The notes: a model not told the origin generated them from the sequence alone. DNA of 57,126 nucleotides from Thermoproteota archaeon (GCA_027492205.1 JAOZFN010000002.1:45834-102959), one strand, 5' to 3'. Numbered from the stretch's first letter, positions 1 through 10,765 are shown. Numbers and translations are program-made.

Positions 1-761
1 TCCGACAGCGCCGACACCGCGCCGTAGTAGGCGCCGGCGGCCATCGAGAGGGCCTCCTCCACCAGCCCGCGCGTCCTGCCGCTGAGGTAGTCCAGGGCCC
101 CAGAGATCGCCTCGCCGACCTCGCTCAGGGCCCCCCTGACCTCGCCGACCAGCCAACCCACTCCGTTCGCGAAGGCATCGGCGTACTCCCCGAGCACCTC
201 TCCCAAGGAGGAGAGCGCACCCTCGACGGCCTCCTTCGCCTGAGACAGGGCGCCCTTGACCTTGGACCAGGCCGACTTCGCCAGGCCCTCTATCCTGCCG
301 AGGAGTCCACCCGACTCAGCTGAGCCGCCCGAGACTTCGGACGAGCCAGCGTCGGCCGCTCCCGACCCACCGCCCGCCTGGTCGGCCACGACCACGGTCG
401 CGTAGGCGGTCGCCGAGCCCACCAGGCTCCTAGAGGAGTCCCTGCCCTCGGCGAGGGCCCAAACGGTGTAGCTCCCCCTGGCCGGCGGAGTCCACGTGCC
501 CGACCAGCTCGCGCCGCCCGAGTGGAGCGTCCTCGAGAACCCCGGCCCCTGCACGAGCACGGTAAGCTCCACGCGGAGCGAGGGGTCGGAGGACCAGGCG
601 GACGCCGCTATCCTCACGGAGCCTCCCGGCTCGACCGCGGTGGGCGAGACTGAGAGGGACACGTGCACGGGGTTGGAGAGGGCGAGCCCGACCGCAGCCG
701 ACGGAGAGGCGGCCAGCGAGATGAGGAGAGAGGCCAGGAATGTTCTGACCCTCTGACCCAT
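1..761 (-). CDS. Secreted protein, 5' part (runs off window): signal peptide, Ig-like beta domain, G/S linker, amphipathic helical region
   Basis: Hand translation from ATG 761: MGQRVRTFLASLLISLAAS...VSLSVSPTAVEPGGSVRIAASA...GSYTVWALAEG...GGGSGAADAGSSEVSGGS...WSKVKGALSQAKEAVEGALSS; open to the window edge; not in the ORF track. Confidence 0.75.
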   Translation of the reverse strand, partial: MGQRVRTFLASLLISLAASPSAAVGLALSNPVHVSLSVSPTAVEPGGSVRIAASAWSSDPSLRVELTVLVQGPGFSRTLHSGGASWSGTWTPPARGSYTVWALAEGRDSSRSLVGSATAYATVVVADQAGGGSGAADAGSSEVSGGSAESGGLLGRIEGLAKSAWSKVKGALSQAKEAVEGALSSLGEVLGEYADAFANGVGWLVGEVRGALSEVGEAISGALDYLSGRTRGLVEEALSMAAGAYYGAVSALS

Positions 762-854
762 CTGAGGGCCGACTTTCAAACCAAATTTCTAATAAGATTT
801 GATTGTTCTAATGTCAAACCACCACCAGCGCAAATTTCACGATGGTGATGCGGG

Positions 855-1427
855 TTGGCGGGTGGGAGGTCCTGGCTGGCCGCGCTCATCTCCGCCCTGC
901 AGCCAGGCCTGGGCACGGCCTACGCCGGAGAGAGGAGAAGGGGCCTGGCGATATGGCTCACGTTCTGGGCCCTCGTGGTGGCGGTGGTGGCGCTCGGCTA
1001 CTGGGGGAGGCCGGCGGCCGTCGTCGCGGGGATGTGGTGCATACTCGCCCTGGTCTTCCTCTACCCCTGGTCTATCTTGGACGCCTGGAGGACCGCGAAG
1101 GGCGCCGACTTCAGGCCGAGGCCGTGGGTGGCAGCTCTGCTCTCGCTGTTCCTTCCAGGCCTGGGTCAGGCCTACCTGGGGAGAACCGGGAGGGCTTGGA
1201 AGATCTGGGGATACGTCTCGGCCGCCTGGGTCCTCTTCGTCGTGTCGATGCGTTACGGCCTCCCCGCTGCCGTGACGGACGTGACCGCGCTCCTGGCCCT
1301 CTCCACGGGGATGGCTCCTGTGCTGTCGGCGTACGACGCCTACAAGACTGCGAGGTGCGAGCTTCGGGTTCTGAGTGAGGAGGCTGTTCGATTGGGCCCG
1401 AGGGGGCCTCAGGCGCCGACCACATGA
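855..1427 (+). CDS. Membrane protein with duplicated 'AALxSxxxPGLGxAYxG' (TM2/DUF5683-like) motif
   Basis: Two internal repeats (AALISALQPGLGTAYAG, AALLSLFLPGLGQAYLG); GGTGA SD before TTG. Confidence 0.75.
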   Translation: MAGGRSWLAALISALQPGLGTAYAGERRRGLAIWLTFWALVVAVVALGYWGRPAAVVAGMWCILALVFLYPWSILDAWRTAKGADFRPRPWVAALLSLFLPGLGQAYLGRTGRAWKIWGYVSAAWVLFVVSMRYGLPAAVTDVTALLALSTGMAPVLSAYDAYKTARCELRVLSEEAVRLGPRGPQAPTT

Positions 1428-1501
1428 TTCGCCACGAGGTCGCTTGTTTCACTGAAATTCGGAAGGAGAAAGGCGAAAAAGGCGAGAAAAGACAGGAGAA
1501 G

Positions 1502-1575
1502 CGGGCCCGGAGGGCTTCGAACCCTCGACCTCCCGGTTAAGAGCCGGGCGCTCTACCATACTGAGCTACGGGCCC
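1502..1575 (-). tRNA. tRNA-Lys(CTT), CCA not encoded
   Basis: GGGCCCGTAGCTCAG...CCCGG-CTCTTAA-CCGGG...GGTTCGAAGCC...CGGGCCCG cloverleaf. Confidence 0.97.
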
Positions 1576-1686
1576 CAACTCGCCTTCGCGGGTCCGGAGA
1601 TAAAAACCTTGCCCCCAGGGCCCTCCGCAGCCGTCCCAAGGAGGCGGCCGCCCCAACCTTAAGCCCTTGCTGGGGCCCCGAGGAGG

Positions 1687-1875
1687 GTGCCCGACCTCAA
1701 TTCGCGGCCAGGCGTGAGCGTGAGAGAGGTCTCAGAGGGGGATCTGGAGGGTCTACTCGAGCTCCACGGGCTGGAGGGGCGGCCCTTCAGCGAGTCCGTT
1801 TCCAGGCGACGACTGGCAGGTCACACTCGGACCGGTGACCGTCCTGAACTTCCCCTTCATCGCTCACGGCCGTAG
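1687..1875 (+). pseudogene. Possible GNAT acetyltransferase N-terminal remnant
   Basis: 'VSVREVSEGDLEGLLEL' resembles a GNAT N-terminus; truncated. Confidence 0.3.
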
Positions 1876-1942
1876 CGGCCCTGGCGTGCCTCTATGCTTG
1901 GCCGGGCGTAGCTCCGTGTCCCTTCATACAGAACGATCCCTC

Positions 1943-2067
1943 CCAGAGTGGCGTGGAGATGTAACATAATAGAAGGAAAGTTTCATGAAAGTATTGGAAA
2001 TGTATTAAAGCGCAGAATTTAAATTCGATTATTTAACTAATACTATAGCAGGCGAGAAGCCTGCGGG
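1943..2067 (+). promoter_or_regulatory. AT-rich upstream element, copy 1 of 3
   Basis: Near-identical to 6526-6651; core also inverted at 17465-17540; contains TATTAAAG and TTTAAAT TATA-like boxes just before a gene start. Confidence 0.8.
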
Positions 2068-2075
2068 GTGGAGAT

Positions 2076-2858
2076 ATGGATAAGAGAAGGTGTTTGGCAG
2101 TTTTGGGGATTTTAGGTCTCCTCTCTCCCCTGGTTACAGCCTCTATTATTGCCCAAACCTCAACGCAACCCCTAGACCGTCAAGAGAATCCTCTTAACTT
2201 GGCAGGAATGCTTGATCCATCCGTCGGTCCAGGGGAGGGACAACCACGTATTGGAGTGAGGGGTTCAAAACCAGGGTGTACATAGTTCCGGACTACAACG
2301 TCCCAGACCCAGAAGCGCACTATTATTGGATAGGGTCTCACCTAGCCAATGGATACTGGATCCAAGTCGGCTACCTCACGGCACACGAGCGGCCAAGAGG
2401 TGCGTGGTTTTACTGCTACCTTCCCCCAGCTGGGGGCGATTATGTCGTAAGAAAGGGCCCCGACGGATCAGCAGGCCCCGCCTACACCTACATGTACTAC
2501 TCGGCAATTCACGTGGGCGACGGATACTGGTCGTTTGTCAAGGGGGGGCGATGAGTACTTGGGCACTGAGTTCTTTGACGTGGATTCCACGGGATATCAC
2601 GCACCTGCTTCAATAGCTGAGAAGGGTGGGGAGTACGGGGGTTGGCTTAAGCCCGTTTACTTTAACCCGGCCATCTCGTACAAACCCAGGGGGTCCTCTT
2701 ACTTCAGGCAGGCCGAGCAGGGCTACGCCCACAGGGAGCCCACGGATAACTGCAACCAGAACTACGACATTGTAAGGCTTGGATTTAATTACATCCAAGC
2801 GGGACAGTATACGAATCCCACATGTGATTATGGCGACGGGGAAAAGATTTGGGGGTGA
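2076..2858 (+). pseudogene. Family A secreted beta-rich protein (G1 peptidase/neprosin-like), two G-run frameshifts
   Basis: ORFs 2076, 2276 and 2535 join by +1 G at ~2260 and -1 G at ~2542 to give signal peptide...GVRGFKTRVYI...YWIGSHLANGYWIQVGY...PASIAE. Confidence 0.7.
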
Positions 2859-3475
2859 TGCTCATGGGGCGGTCTAGCCTCCTACTGTTGACCGCGGCCT
2901 CCATCTCCCTCTTGGCCTTAGGTCTCTGGATCCAGTACCCATTCGGCTCCGCCAGCCCGGAGGCCACGAAGGCGCCTCCCACCATCCCGCCGGAGGACAT
3001 ACCCGAGACCCCCATATCCCTGCTGACGACCGGCGTCGAGGGATTCCCCAGCGTGGTGAGGCAGGGCGAGGCGGTCTCCTTCGTCGTCAAGGTCTACTGC
3101 TTCAAGCCGGAGTGCGACTTCAGGCCCGAGATAACGCTAACGCGGCTCAGGGACCTCCCCCCTCCTGAGGAGCTGACCCCAGGCAAGTTCCCCGGACCCC
3201 TGGAGGTGAACCTCTCCGCCGCGGAGTCGGTAGAGGGCGAGGCACTCGAGCTGGTCGCCGGGGAGGGGGACTCCACGATCACGCTGGCGATTCGGCCCTC
3301 CCCGGGGTTCACCCTGAGGGAAGGAGAGGTGAAAGTCCTCAACGCCACGCTGGAGGTGGGCCAAGCAGTCGCCCCAGGCCGCTACAGGATAAACGTGATA
3401 ATGAGGGGCGCCCTCTCGAAGCCGGGCACGCTGATCGAGACGTACGACTTCGAGGTGGTCCCGGGCCGAGGGTAG
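2858..3475 (+). CDS. Membrane-anchored Ig-like protein coupled to family A gene 1
   Basis: TGATG overlap; N-terminal TM, Pro-rich linker, 'LEVGQAVAPGRYRINV' Ig-like strand. Confidence 0.75.
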   Translation: MLMGRSSLLLLTAASISLLALGLWIQYPFGSASPEATKAPPTIPPEDIPETPISLLTTGVEGFPSVVRQGEAVSFVVKVYCFKPECDFRPEITLTRLRDLPPPEELTPGKFPGPLEVNLSAAESVEGEALELVAGEGDSTITLAIRPSPGFTLREGEVKVLNATLEVGQAVAPGRYRINVIMRGALSKPGTLIETYDFEVVPGRG

Positions 3476-3552
3476 CGGCCTCCAACCCTCCCCCATTTTT
3501 GAGGGGAGAGTGCGCCTGAGAGCACCGATCTAATGGCACAGGAACTCAGGGG

Positions 3553-3666
3553 GCCTTCGAGACCCCCTACTACCACGACTGGGTTGCTGAGGGTGAGGTG
3601 GTCTGGCTGGGCAACTACGACGAGGGGGGCGACGGCTGGGCCACGAGGGTAAGGTATGATGGTTAA
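3553..3666 (+). pseudogene. Orphan 3' fragment of family C (LssY_C-like) gene
   Basis: Encodes AFETPYYHDWVAEGEVVWLGNYDEGGDGWATRVRYDG*, homologous to the 6663 gene C-terminus. Confidence 0.85.
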
Positions 3667-3750
3667 CTCGCAAACCCTTCTCTCAACTTTTGGTTTTTCT
3701 TTAGGATTCTATATAAAGAAGTTATTAATCTAACCTGATTAGCCATCAGC

Positions 3751-4224
3751 GTGCCCTGGAGGGAAACCACGGTCTTCTTCTACCTCTGGCTCGCCCTTCT
3801 CCTGTTCCTGTCGCTGAGGGTGCTGGCGATCGAGTCTGGCCTGGCGCACTATCCGTACCTCAACCCGCTCGAGGTGACTTATCAGCTTACGGTGATCCTG
3901 TTCCTCCCTCCCGCGGTCGCGGCCCTGGCGTCCCTCTCCCTCCCAGTTAGGGGCGAGCCCCTAGCGGCCTTCCTCCTGGGGTTCTCGACGTACGCGCTCT
4001 CTCCAGCGCCGGGAGCCCCGCTCGCTCCTGCGCTCTGTCTCGCCCGACGCTGCACCCTAGGGGGGTGGCTGTACGCCGCCCTCGCTCTGGCCCTGAACCT
4101 GCTCTGGGGCCTAGGCTGCGCGCTCCTGGCCAGGTCAGAGGACCCCAGGGATGTCGGAGCCGCCGTGGGATTCTTCCTCTTGTTCGGCGGGTGGCTGGTC
4201 TCCTTCACGTTCCTGCCCAGCTGA
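3751..4224 (+). CDS. Family D small multi-TM membrane protein, copy 1
   Basis: PWRE..FFYLWLAL / RGEPLAAFLLG / LALNLLWGLGCALLARS motifs shared with 7721, 11369 and 12052. Confidence 0.8.
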   Translation: MPWRETTVFFYLWLALLLFLSLRVLAIESGLAHYPYLNPLEVTYQLTVILFLPPAVAALASLSLPVRGEPLAAFLLGFSTYALSPAPGAPLAPALCLARRCTLGGWLYAALALALNLLWGLGCALLARSEDPRDVGAAVGFFLLFGGWLVSFTFLPS

Positions 4225-4332
4225 GTCCTCTTCTCGCTAAGAGAACCAGAACCTCTATTCTCTACTATCTCGTCCATCTAGAGCGCGCAAGTGTAAGGGT
4301 TAAAGGAAAAATTGGAAAGACATAGATAATAG

Positions 4333-5037
4333 ATGATCGCGAGCTTTAGACAAAGTTAGGTGGTATGCCTAGTTTATTTGCTTACTCTTAGCTTCAGCGG
4401 TATTGTCCTGGAGGTATATTCCACTCCCTCATGGTATTACGGATCTAACTGCGAACTTACTACCTGCATCGATAGAATCGACAGACAGGGCGTATCTGGC
4501 TATATCTATATCTATACCTACAGTCCGTCGGGGATCTACTGTTCGAGTTACGATAAAACGGCTAGGTACCTACTAATTCAGAACGGCGGGTGGATACAAG
4601 CTGGCTGGGGTAAGGGATACTCGCCCGCTGGTTGCTTAACAGAGCCCACATTTTATGCGGAACATAGGAGAGGGACAACTTACGGGTACTACGTTCTAGG
4701 AGCAGCTTCTTCAGGGTTTCATCACATCCGGATATGGTTTGACCAAGCTATAAATAAATGGAAGATAATCATCGATGGTGTTACTAAGCTCAGATTACCC
4801 GCCGGTTCTGGGCCAAATTATGAGAAAGGTTTTGCGCGTGGCGTATCTGAGATATCTTGCGACTCTAACTGCGGATGTAGGATAAATGCTTACAGCCACT
4901 TCAAACTTTTACATTATTTCAGCATACCCAACTGCGGAGGTTGGTGCCTTTGGGATGTGCTATCAAAGCATGAGAGCGGCACGTGCTTCTACGTTCAGAA
5001 AGTAACGAACTATGAATTTTACGTCAAGAGAGGTTGA
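4333..5037 (+). CDS. Family A secreted Cys-rich beta protein, copy 2 (starts at GTG 4360, or at ATG 4333 with in-frame TAG 4357)
   Basis: AT-rich ORF; QGVSGYIYI, GWIQAGWGKG, ARGVSE, C-terminal EFYVKRG. Confidence 0.8.
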
Positions 5038-5043
5038 TGCGGC

Positions 5044-6358
5044 ATGGCTGATGGTCGCAGGTTACTCTTAATCGCACTTGCGTTCTCTCTAATCGCGCTG
5101 GCTTGCCTGCTTCACGGTGCGCGCCAGAGTTCGGAGATCGGCAGGAGGCCGTCTCCGACGTCATCAGCTCCTAAGTCCACGACCCAACCCTCTGAATCCT
5201 CGGAGTCACAGCCGTCCAATGACTCCGAGAAAGAGCCTCCCTGGCTTCAGCTAAACGACTCGGCTCTGGAGGCCCTCGGAAAGTCCTGCCCAGAGGCCCC
5301 CTGGGTACCCCCGCTGGAGACGGGCTTCATCCTGCCAGCCAACGAGGCGATGCCTGCCCTGGCGGATCTGGGAGTCAGGCTCCCATCCTACTCAGGAGGG
5401 ATGAGGCTCGTTGGGATCCTAGTGATAGGGGCGGGAAACCACAGCCAAGCGGCGAATCAGCTGAGAGTGGCGGAGAAGCAGGGAGTTCCCGAAGTGTTCG
5501 CGGGGGTCTACGCGTTCCCAGGTAGGAACGTGACCCTCGCGATCCCCTACGTCACCTACGCGATGAGTGGTCCAGAGATGGTTCTGAGGGCGGGCAGGGG
5601 CAAGATGAACCTGGAGCAGGGCTACGACGGCACGATCAGGGGCTGCCCCTACCGGATCACGCCCTTCCTAGGCAGGATCACGTGCACGACGACCGCGTCC
5701 CTCTACTTCGGGGTCCCAGATCTGGAGCCGGGACACGCAGAGATCCAGGTGGGAGACCTATACTACACGGTGGAGGCCTACCTCCCGGAGGGGGGAGCTG
5801 TACAGGGTGATCGAGTCCATCGTCCCCCCCGAGGGCTGCCCCGAGTCGACCCTGAGGCCGGAGGTCTACAGAGTTCAGGGGTACCTCGTCTCGCTGGAGG
5901 AGGCCATGGAGGCGCTGGAGAGGGAGCTGGATAGGCACAGTGCGGCGGGCGAGCCAGTGCCGGAGGGCGCTGGCCTGGTGCTCCCGACGTACGTGCCGGA
6001 TGGGCTGAGGCTCGAGGCGGCGATGGTGAGGGAGATAGGGGCGGGGGAGTGGGCCGTCAGGGAGGTAATCCTGGCCTACGCGGACCACCCGTGCGCGGTG
6101 TACAACGTCCCGGCACCCTGGGTTCCCGACGCCCAGAACCTGACGATCTGGGTGGAGGCTCTGTCTGAGGGCGGGCTAGTCCCTCCGGAGTCTGCAGACG
6201 AGATCGTGATCGACGGTGTGACGGTATACGTGTGGCCCAGGGTCGAGTACTACCCAGCCAGGGTGGAGTTTTGGTTCAAGGGGCTCGCCTACACGATCCA
6301 GGGGTACTACCCGCTAGACGAGGTCCTGAGGGTGGCCGAGTCGATAATAGGTGGGTAG
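5044..6358 (+). pseudogene. Family B membrane-anchored DUF4367-like protein, copy 1, frameshifted in G6 run 5790-5795
   Basis: Removing one G joins ORFs 5044 and 5807 into a protein colinear with 8380-9558. Confidence 0.8.
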
Positions 6359-6525
6359 CGAGGGCCCTCGGAGCCGACGGGGGTTCATTTCGTTGACTTG
6401 CTTTCCGATGGACCCTAAGGAATTTTTTTAGATAGATGGAGAACAGGGAATTAAGCTCTTACCGACCTTGATTTTGTTATCGCCACCCGCGCGCTCCGCG
6501 GTCGCGGGGGGCCACTCTCCCTACG

Positions 6526-6651
6526 CCAGAGTGGCGTGGAGATGTAACATAATAGAAGAAAAGTTTTCATAAAAGTGTTGGAAATGTATTAAAGCGCAGA
6601 ATTTAAATTCGATTATTTAACTAATATTGTAGCGGTCGAAAAGCCTGCGGG
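6526..6651 (+). promoter_or_regulatory. AT-rich upstream element, copy 2
   Basis: Near-identical to 1943-2067; precedes the family C gene. Confidence 0.8.
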
Positions 6652-6662
6652 AAGGTGGGTGC

Positions 6663-7652
6663 ATGCCGAGTATGCATCTCCCACCGGGCCGGGGCATGGC
6701 CCTGGGGGTCCTGCTCCTGTGCCTCACCCTGACCGCGGCCGCCTACCCAGCCATATCTGCGGCCCATCCGGCCCAGGGCGTTGGTCCCTACGACGAGTGG
6801 CTGAGGGAGCACAGGGTGACGGCGGAGGCGAGGCTCGTCCTCACCTACGACGGTAGGCTTCTCCGCTACAGGAAGGTCCTCGAGGGCCCAGGGCCTCTCC
6901 ACAAGCTCGGAGTGGAGAGGCTGGTCGGCGAGGAGGTGGCCGTAGAGGTCGCGGAGGGAGAGCTGGAGGAGATAGCAACTAGCCTGGGGCTGAGCGCGGA
7001 GGAGGCGAGCAGGCTCAAGTCGGGAGGGACAGTCGAGGTCTTGAGCGTCCCGTACGCTGGCACGTGCATGCCAGACGACGTCCCCCCGACTTGGTGGGAC
7101 CAGTACCCGTACCCGAAGTACAGCTGGGAGAGGTTCGAGACGGGGAGCGGGTGGGTCTACTACTGCACCGCAGACCCAATGAACCTGGTGTGGTACCGAG
7201 GGGACGGACAGGACTTCACGTGGCTGAGCCCGATCATATGGGAGCTCGCCCACGACGGCTGGACTCCCACGTGGCCTGAGGCCACAAACTACGTCTGCGA
7301 GCCCGTCTACGGCTGGGAGGCGCGGCAGGACGGTTGGGGCAGTCCCCACCCCGCGAGCGACTACGACCGCTACCACGTGAGGCTCTGGAGGGTCCACAAG
7401 TGGGGGTACGGCGGGGTCGATGTCATAGGGCAGGCCCACGTGGACAAGCGGGTTTGGTGGTGGCATGAGGCGATTCTGTTTGAGGAGGCTGAAGAAGTGG
7501 TCTCAAAGGCCTTCAAGTATCCTACTTACGGCTACTGGAGCTGGGTGGTTGAGGGGGAGGTCGTCTGGCTGGGCAACTACGACGAGGGGGCGACGCTGGG
7601 CCACCAGGATAAGGTACGAGGGATAACTCGCAAACTCTCTCTCCTTTTTTAG
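6663..7652 (+). CDS. Family C secreted Trp/Tyr-rich protein (LssY_C-like motifs); last codons frameshifted
   Basis: Signal peptide; ADPMNLVWY, DRYHVRLW, IGQAHVD; two single-G deletions at ~7586-7596 change the ancestral GGDGWATRIRYEG* end. Confidence 0.8.
   Translation: MPSMHLPPGRGMALGVLLLCLTLTAAAYPAISAAHPAQGVGPYDEWLREHRVTAEARLVLTYDGRLLRYRKVLEGPGPLHKLGVERLVGEEVAVEVAEGELEEIATSLGLSAEEASRLKSGGTVEVLSVPYAGTCMPDDVPPTWWDQYPYPKYSWERFETGSGWVYYCTADPMNLVWYRGDGQDFTWLSPIIWELAHDGWTPTWPEATNYVCEPVYGWEARQDGWGSPHPASDYDRYHVRLWRVHKWGYGGVDVIGQAHVDKRVWWWHEAILFEEAEEVVSKAFKYPTYGYWSWVVEGEVVWLGNYDEGATLGHQDKVRGITRKLSLLF
7268..7588. repeat. 321-bp inverted repeat arm 1 (partner 12178-12498)
   Basis: Identical by eye except one ~27-nt variable block. 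Confidence 0.9.
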
Positions 7653-7720
7653 TGGATGAAATCGGGCTTCTCTGGTTCTCTGGAAAGAGACTTATTGCTT
7701 TGGTCCGCCCAGCCATTAAC

Positions 7721-8113
7721 GTGCCCTGGAGGGACGAGCCGGGGTTCTTCTACACCTGGCTGGCGCTCATAGCCCTCCTCGCGCTGGGCGTCACGGGCGT
7801 AGACCCCATCCTCCGGGATCTGTCCTACGTCTTGACGATCCTCTACGTCCCCCCGGCGGTCTCGGCCGTGGCTTGCCTCACAGGGCCAATCAGGAGGAGG
7901 CCAGCCCTCGCCCTCCTCCTGGGTCTCCTCACCTACCTCTTCGCCCCCTTCGGGGTGATCCGCTGGGGCCTCGTGGGGCTCGCCCTGAGCCTCCCCTTCG
8001 CCCTCGGGTCAGCGCTCGTTGCTAGGTCCGAGAGGCCCTGGGACCTGAGCGCGCTCCTAGGCTACTCTCTGCTCCTCCTCGCGTGGCGGGTGCCCTTCCT
8101 CATGGTGGACTGA
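7721..8113 (+). CDS. Family D membrane protein, copy 2
   Basis: GTG-PWRDEPGFFYTWLAL start equivalent to copy 1. Confidence 0.8.
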   Translation: MPWRDEPGFFYTWLALIALLALGVTGVDPILRDLSYVLTILYVPPAVSAVACLTGPIRRRPALALLLGLLTYLFAPFGVIRWGLVGLALSLPFALGSALVARSERPWDLSALLGYSLLLLAWRVPFLMVD

Positions 8114-8379
8114 GAGCCGCTGCAGGCCCCCCACAACCTCGTGATGCTCGCCGCCTCCGCCGGGCTGGAGGCGCTGGCGCTGGCCGTGAGCCTGACCCTT
8201 CCAATGGTTAGCGCTCTTCGAGGGTGACATCCCGACCGGCAGCCGCGTGCAGGTACGGTGAGACCCCAGATCGGCGCGAAGGCGCGGTCGGCGGCCCTGG
8301 CTGACTTTTTTAGCCTCGGATCGAGACGTCTCAGATCGAGGCGTACGAGTTCGAAGCGATCCTGGGTCAGGGGTGAGGG

Positions 8380-9558
8380 TTGAGAGGAAAGAGCCAACTC
8401 TTGCTCGCGGCGCTCCTAGTCGGGCTGGCACTCCTCGGAGTGCGGTGGGCTCAGCGCGAGGAGCCAGAGCCGTCGATCCCCTCGTGGAGCCCGCCGCCCT
8501 TCTGGCCTGAGCTGAACGCCAGCGAGCTCGCGAGGGTCGGAGGGGCCTGCCAGATCTGGGGCGCCCCTCCGGAGCAGTGCGGCTACGCCCTCGCGCCGGC
8601 CGACGTCGCGCTGGGGGTTCTGGCGCCTGCTGGCTACCGGGTACCGAAAGAGGGCCCGGGAGGCTTGAGGCTCCTGGGCGCCGCTGTGCTCTGCGCCAGA
8701 TCCCCAGAGGAAGCTGTGCGGGCTCTTGAGATGGCCAGGGATCGCGAGGATGTCATGCACACGATCTACTTCGAGTACACGATCGGCGGAAGGCCCGTCT
8801 CTGAGCACGTCTCGGCGAGCCCCCTCAGGGGAGGGCCGGACGCCGTGGTAGGGGTCTACAGGGGCTCCATGCACCCGGAGCAGGGCTACGACGGCACGAT
8901 CAGGGGCTGCCCCTACGCGGTGGTTAGGCGGTTCACGGGAGAGGTCGGCTGCGGGTACTCCGGCGAGGTCGCCGACCTCCTCCCGGCCGTGGCCCAGGTC
9001 CAGGTTGGCGACCTGGTCTACACCGTTCGGGCCTACCTGCCGGACGACCTGCTGGCGGAGTTCCTGGACCTCCTGGTGCCCGAGGAGGGATGCACAATCG
9101 AGGTCTTCAGGCCGGAGGTGATGGAGGTCTCGGGCGAGCCCATGGGGCCAGACGAGATCCCGAAGGTCATGGGAGAGAGCGTCAGGCTGCCCGCGTACCT
9201 GCCGGAGGGCCTCACGCTGAGGGGGGTGCTCGTGGAGTCTCTCGGCGGGAAGGAGAGGAGGACGATCCTGATAGTCTACGCGGACCACCCCTGCAGGTTC
9301 TACAACTTGCCGGCCCCCTGGCTGCCGGACGCTCCGAACCTGACGATCTGGATTGACAGGCTCCCGGAGGGACACGCCGCATTTCCGGCGAGCGTGAGAG
9401 AGATCGCACTGGGCAACGTGACCGTCTACGTCTGGCCTGAGGTACCCCTGAACCCGACCAGGGTCGAATTCTGGGTGGGCGACCTGTTCTACTCGGTGCA
9501 GGGGTACTACCCGCTCGAGGAGATCCTAAGGGTGGCCGCTTCGATAATAGGTGGGTAG
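8380..9558 (+). CDS. Family B membrane-anchored DUF4367-like protein, copy 2 (no family A gene upstream)
   Basis: N-terminal TM; LPAYLPEGL; C-terminal YSVQGYYPLEEILRVAASIIGG. Confidence 0.85.
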   Translation: MRGKSQLLLAALLVGLALLGVRWAQREEPEPSIPSWSPPPFWPELNASELARVGGACQIWGAPPEQCGYALAPADVALGVLAPAGYRVPKEGPGGLRLLGAAVLCARSPEEAVRALEMARDREDVMHTIYFEYTIGGRPVSEHVSASPLRGGPDAVVGVYRGSMHPEQGYDGTIRGCPYAVVRRFTGEVGCGYSGEVADLLPAVAQVQVGDLVYTVRAYLPDDLLAEFLDLLVPEEGCTIEVFRPEVMEVSGEPMGPDEIPKVMGESVRLPAYLPEGLTLRGVLVESLGGKERRTILIVYADHPCRFYNLPAPWLPDAPNLTIWIDRLPEGHAAFPASVREIALGNVTVYVWPEVPLNPTRVEFWVGDLFYSVQGYYPLEEILRVAASIIGG

Positions 9559-9637
9559 CGGGGGCCCTGGAGCCGGCAGGGAGTTGCCTTGTTCGACTCA
9601 CTCTCCAGCACCCTAGGTCGATGGAGAACGGAGGGAT

Positions 9638-10396
9638 GTGATCGGGGAATTAAGAACTTTTATTATCATGGTATTTCCTGTTGTGTTTTTTATTTTTATC
9701 TTATCCGCGACGTACGCTAGGAATAGGGGGTATCAAGTGAGTGAGGATGGGTTAAGCCTATTCCATCTAATCATGGCCGCATGGCTGGTCGCCATACCCA
9801 TTCCCTTACTGCTCTGGCTTAGAGTTGGGGTGAGAGGCCCCGCCCCCCTGGCGCTCCTCCTCTGCACCCACGTGGTAGCCGCGCCCCTCGCTGCCTCGGT
9901 CGCCCGCTCGAGGTCAATCCCGATAGGAGGGAGGGCTTTTTACACCTCCTTAACGCTGTGGCTGGCCACCCTGGCTGTCTCTCCCATCTACTGGGCCTAC
10001 AGGTACGGCTTCGGCGCCTGCCGACTCCCTCCGACAGTGTGCCCATCCTACGACCTGCTGCAGCCTATCGTTGCGGCGTCTTGGACGCTCTGGCTCCTCC
10101 TAGCCACCCACAGGGACCTCTACGGGAGGCCCCTGACCGCGGGAGTCTTGGCGGGCCCCGCGCTCTTCTCCGCCCTCGCGTCCCAGGGCCTCGTCGACTT
10201 CACCCTGGGCCGCGGGAACCTCGAGGCCGCCCTATTCTTCCTCATCTGGGGGGGAATCCCCGGCATGGCCTTCGGGCTCTCGGCTTCAATGCTCACGGGC
10301 ATCCTCGGGGAGGAGAGGAGGGGGATCGGGGCCCTGCTCGCGGCAGTCACTGTGGCGTGGGCCCTGGCACTTTACTGGGGCGCCCTGGCCGCCTGA
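9638..10396 (+). CDS. Multi-TM membrane protein, distantly related to families D/E
   Basis: Hydrophobic; LLQPIVAASWTLWLL...GRPLTAG resembles LLQPIVCLIWLEAL...RGRPLL. Confidence 0.7.
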   Translation: MIGELRTFIIMVFPVVFFIFILSATYARNRGYQVSEDGLSLFHLIMAAWLVAIPIPLLLWLRVGVRGPAPLALLLCTHVVAAPLAASVARSRSIPIGGRAFYTSLTLWLATLAVSPIYWAYRYGFGACRLPPTVCPSYDLLQPIVAASWTLWLLLATHRDLYGRPLTAGVLAGPALFSALASQGLVDFTLGRGNLEAALFFLIWGGIPGMAFGLSASMLTGILGEERRGIGALLAAVTVAWALALYWGALAA

Positions 10397-10639
10397 CCCG
10401 TGGCCAGGCTAGGCTGAGCCTCCTCATGGACCGCGACTGGGGGCTCTACCGTCGCGAGCAGCATCGCCGACTCGGGACTTCTTCGCGCGCCGCATGGCTG
10501 GTCCCTATACCCATCACCTAACTTCTGACTTCCATAGCAACATCAGAAGTCGGCGGGCTGCTACGAGAGATGCTGGATATCCTGCTCTTGGCGTCCAGGA
10601 GGAGACAGTCTCTTGCCCCTCCTGGCTGGGGTGCGTGCC

Positions 10640-10765
10640 TCACGCCTCAATGTGGTCTCCGATGAACCTGCCGTACCAGCGCTCGAACTCCTCCGGCGTG
10701 ACTATGTGGATCTCGAAGGGCGTGTAGTCTCCGATCTCCCTGGCTATCTCAACCCTCAGCCCTGG
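10640..10765 (-). pseudogene. Minimal nucleotidyltransferase C-terminal remnant
   Basis: LRVEIAREIGDYTPFEIHIVTPEEFERWYGRFIGDHIEA*. Confidence 0.65.

Noticed and set aside
1502-1575. tRNA-Lys as attachment site of the island
   Set aside because: Its 3' end points away from the island; no integrase or duplicated tRNA end seen
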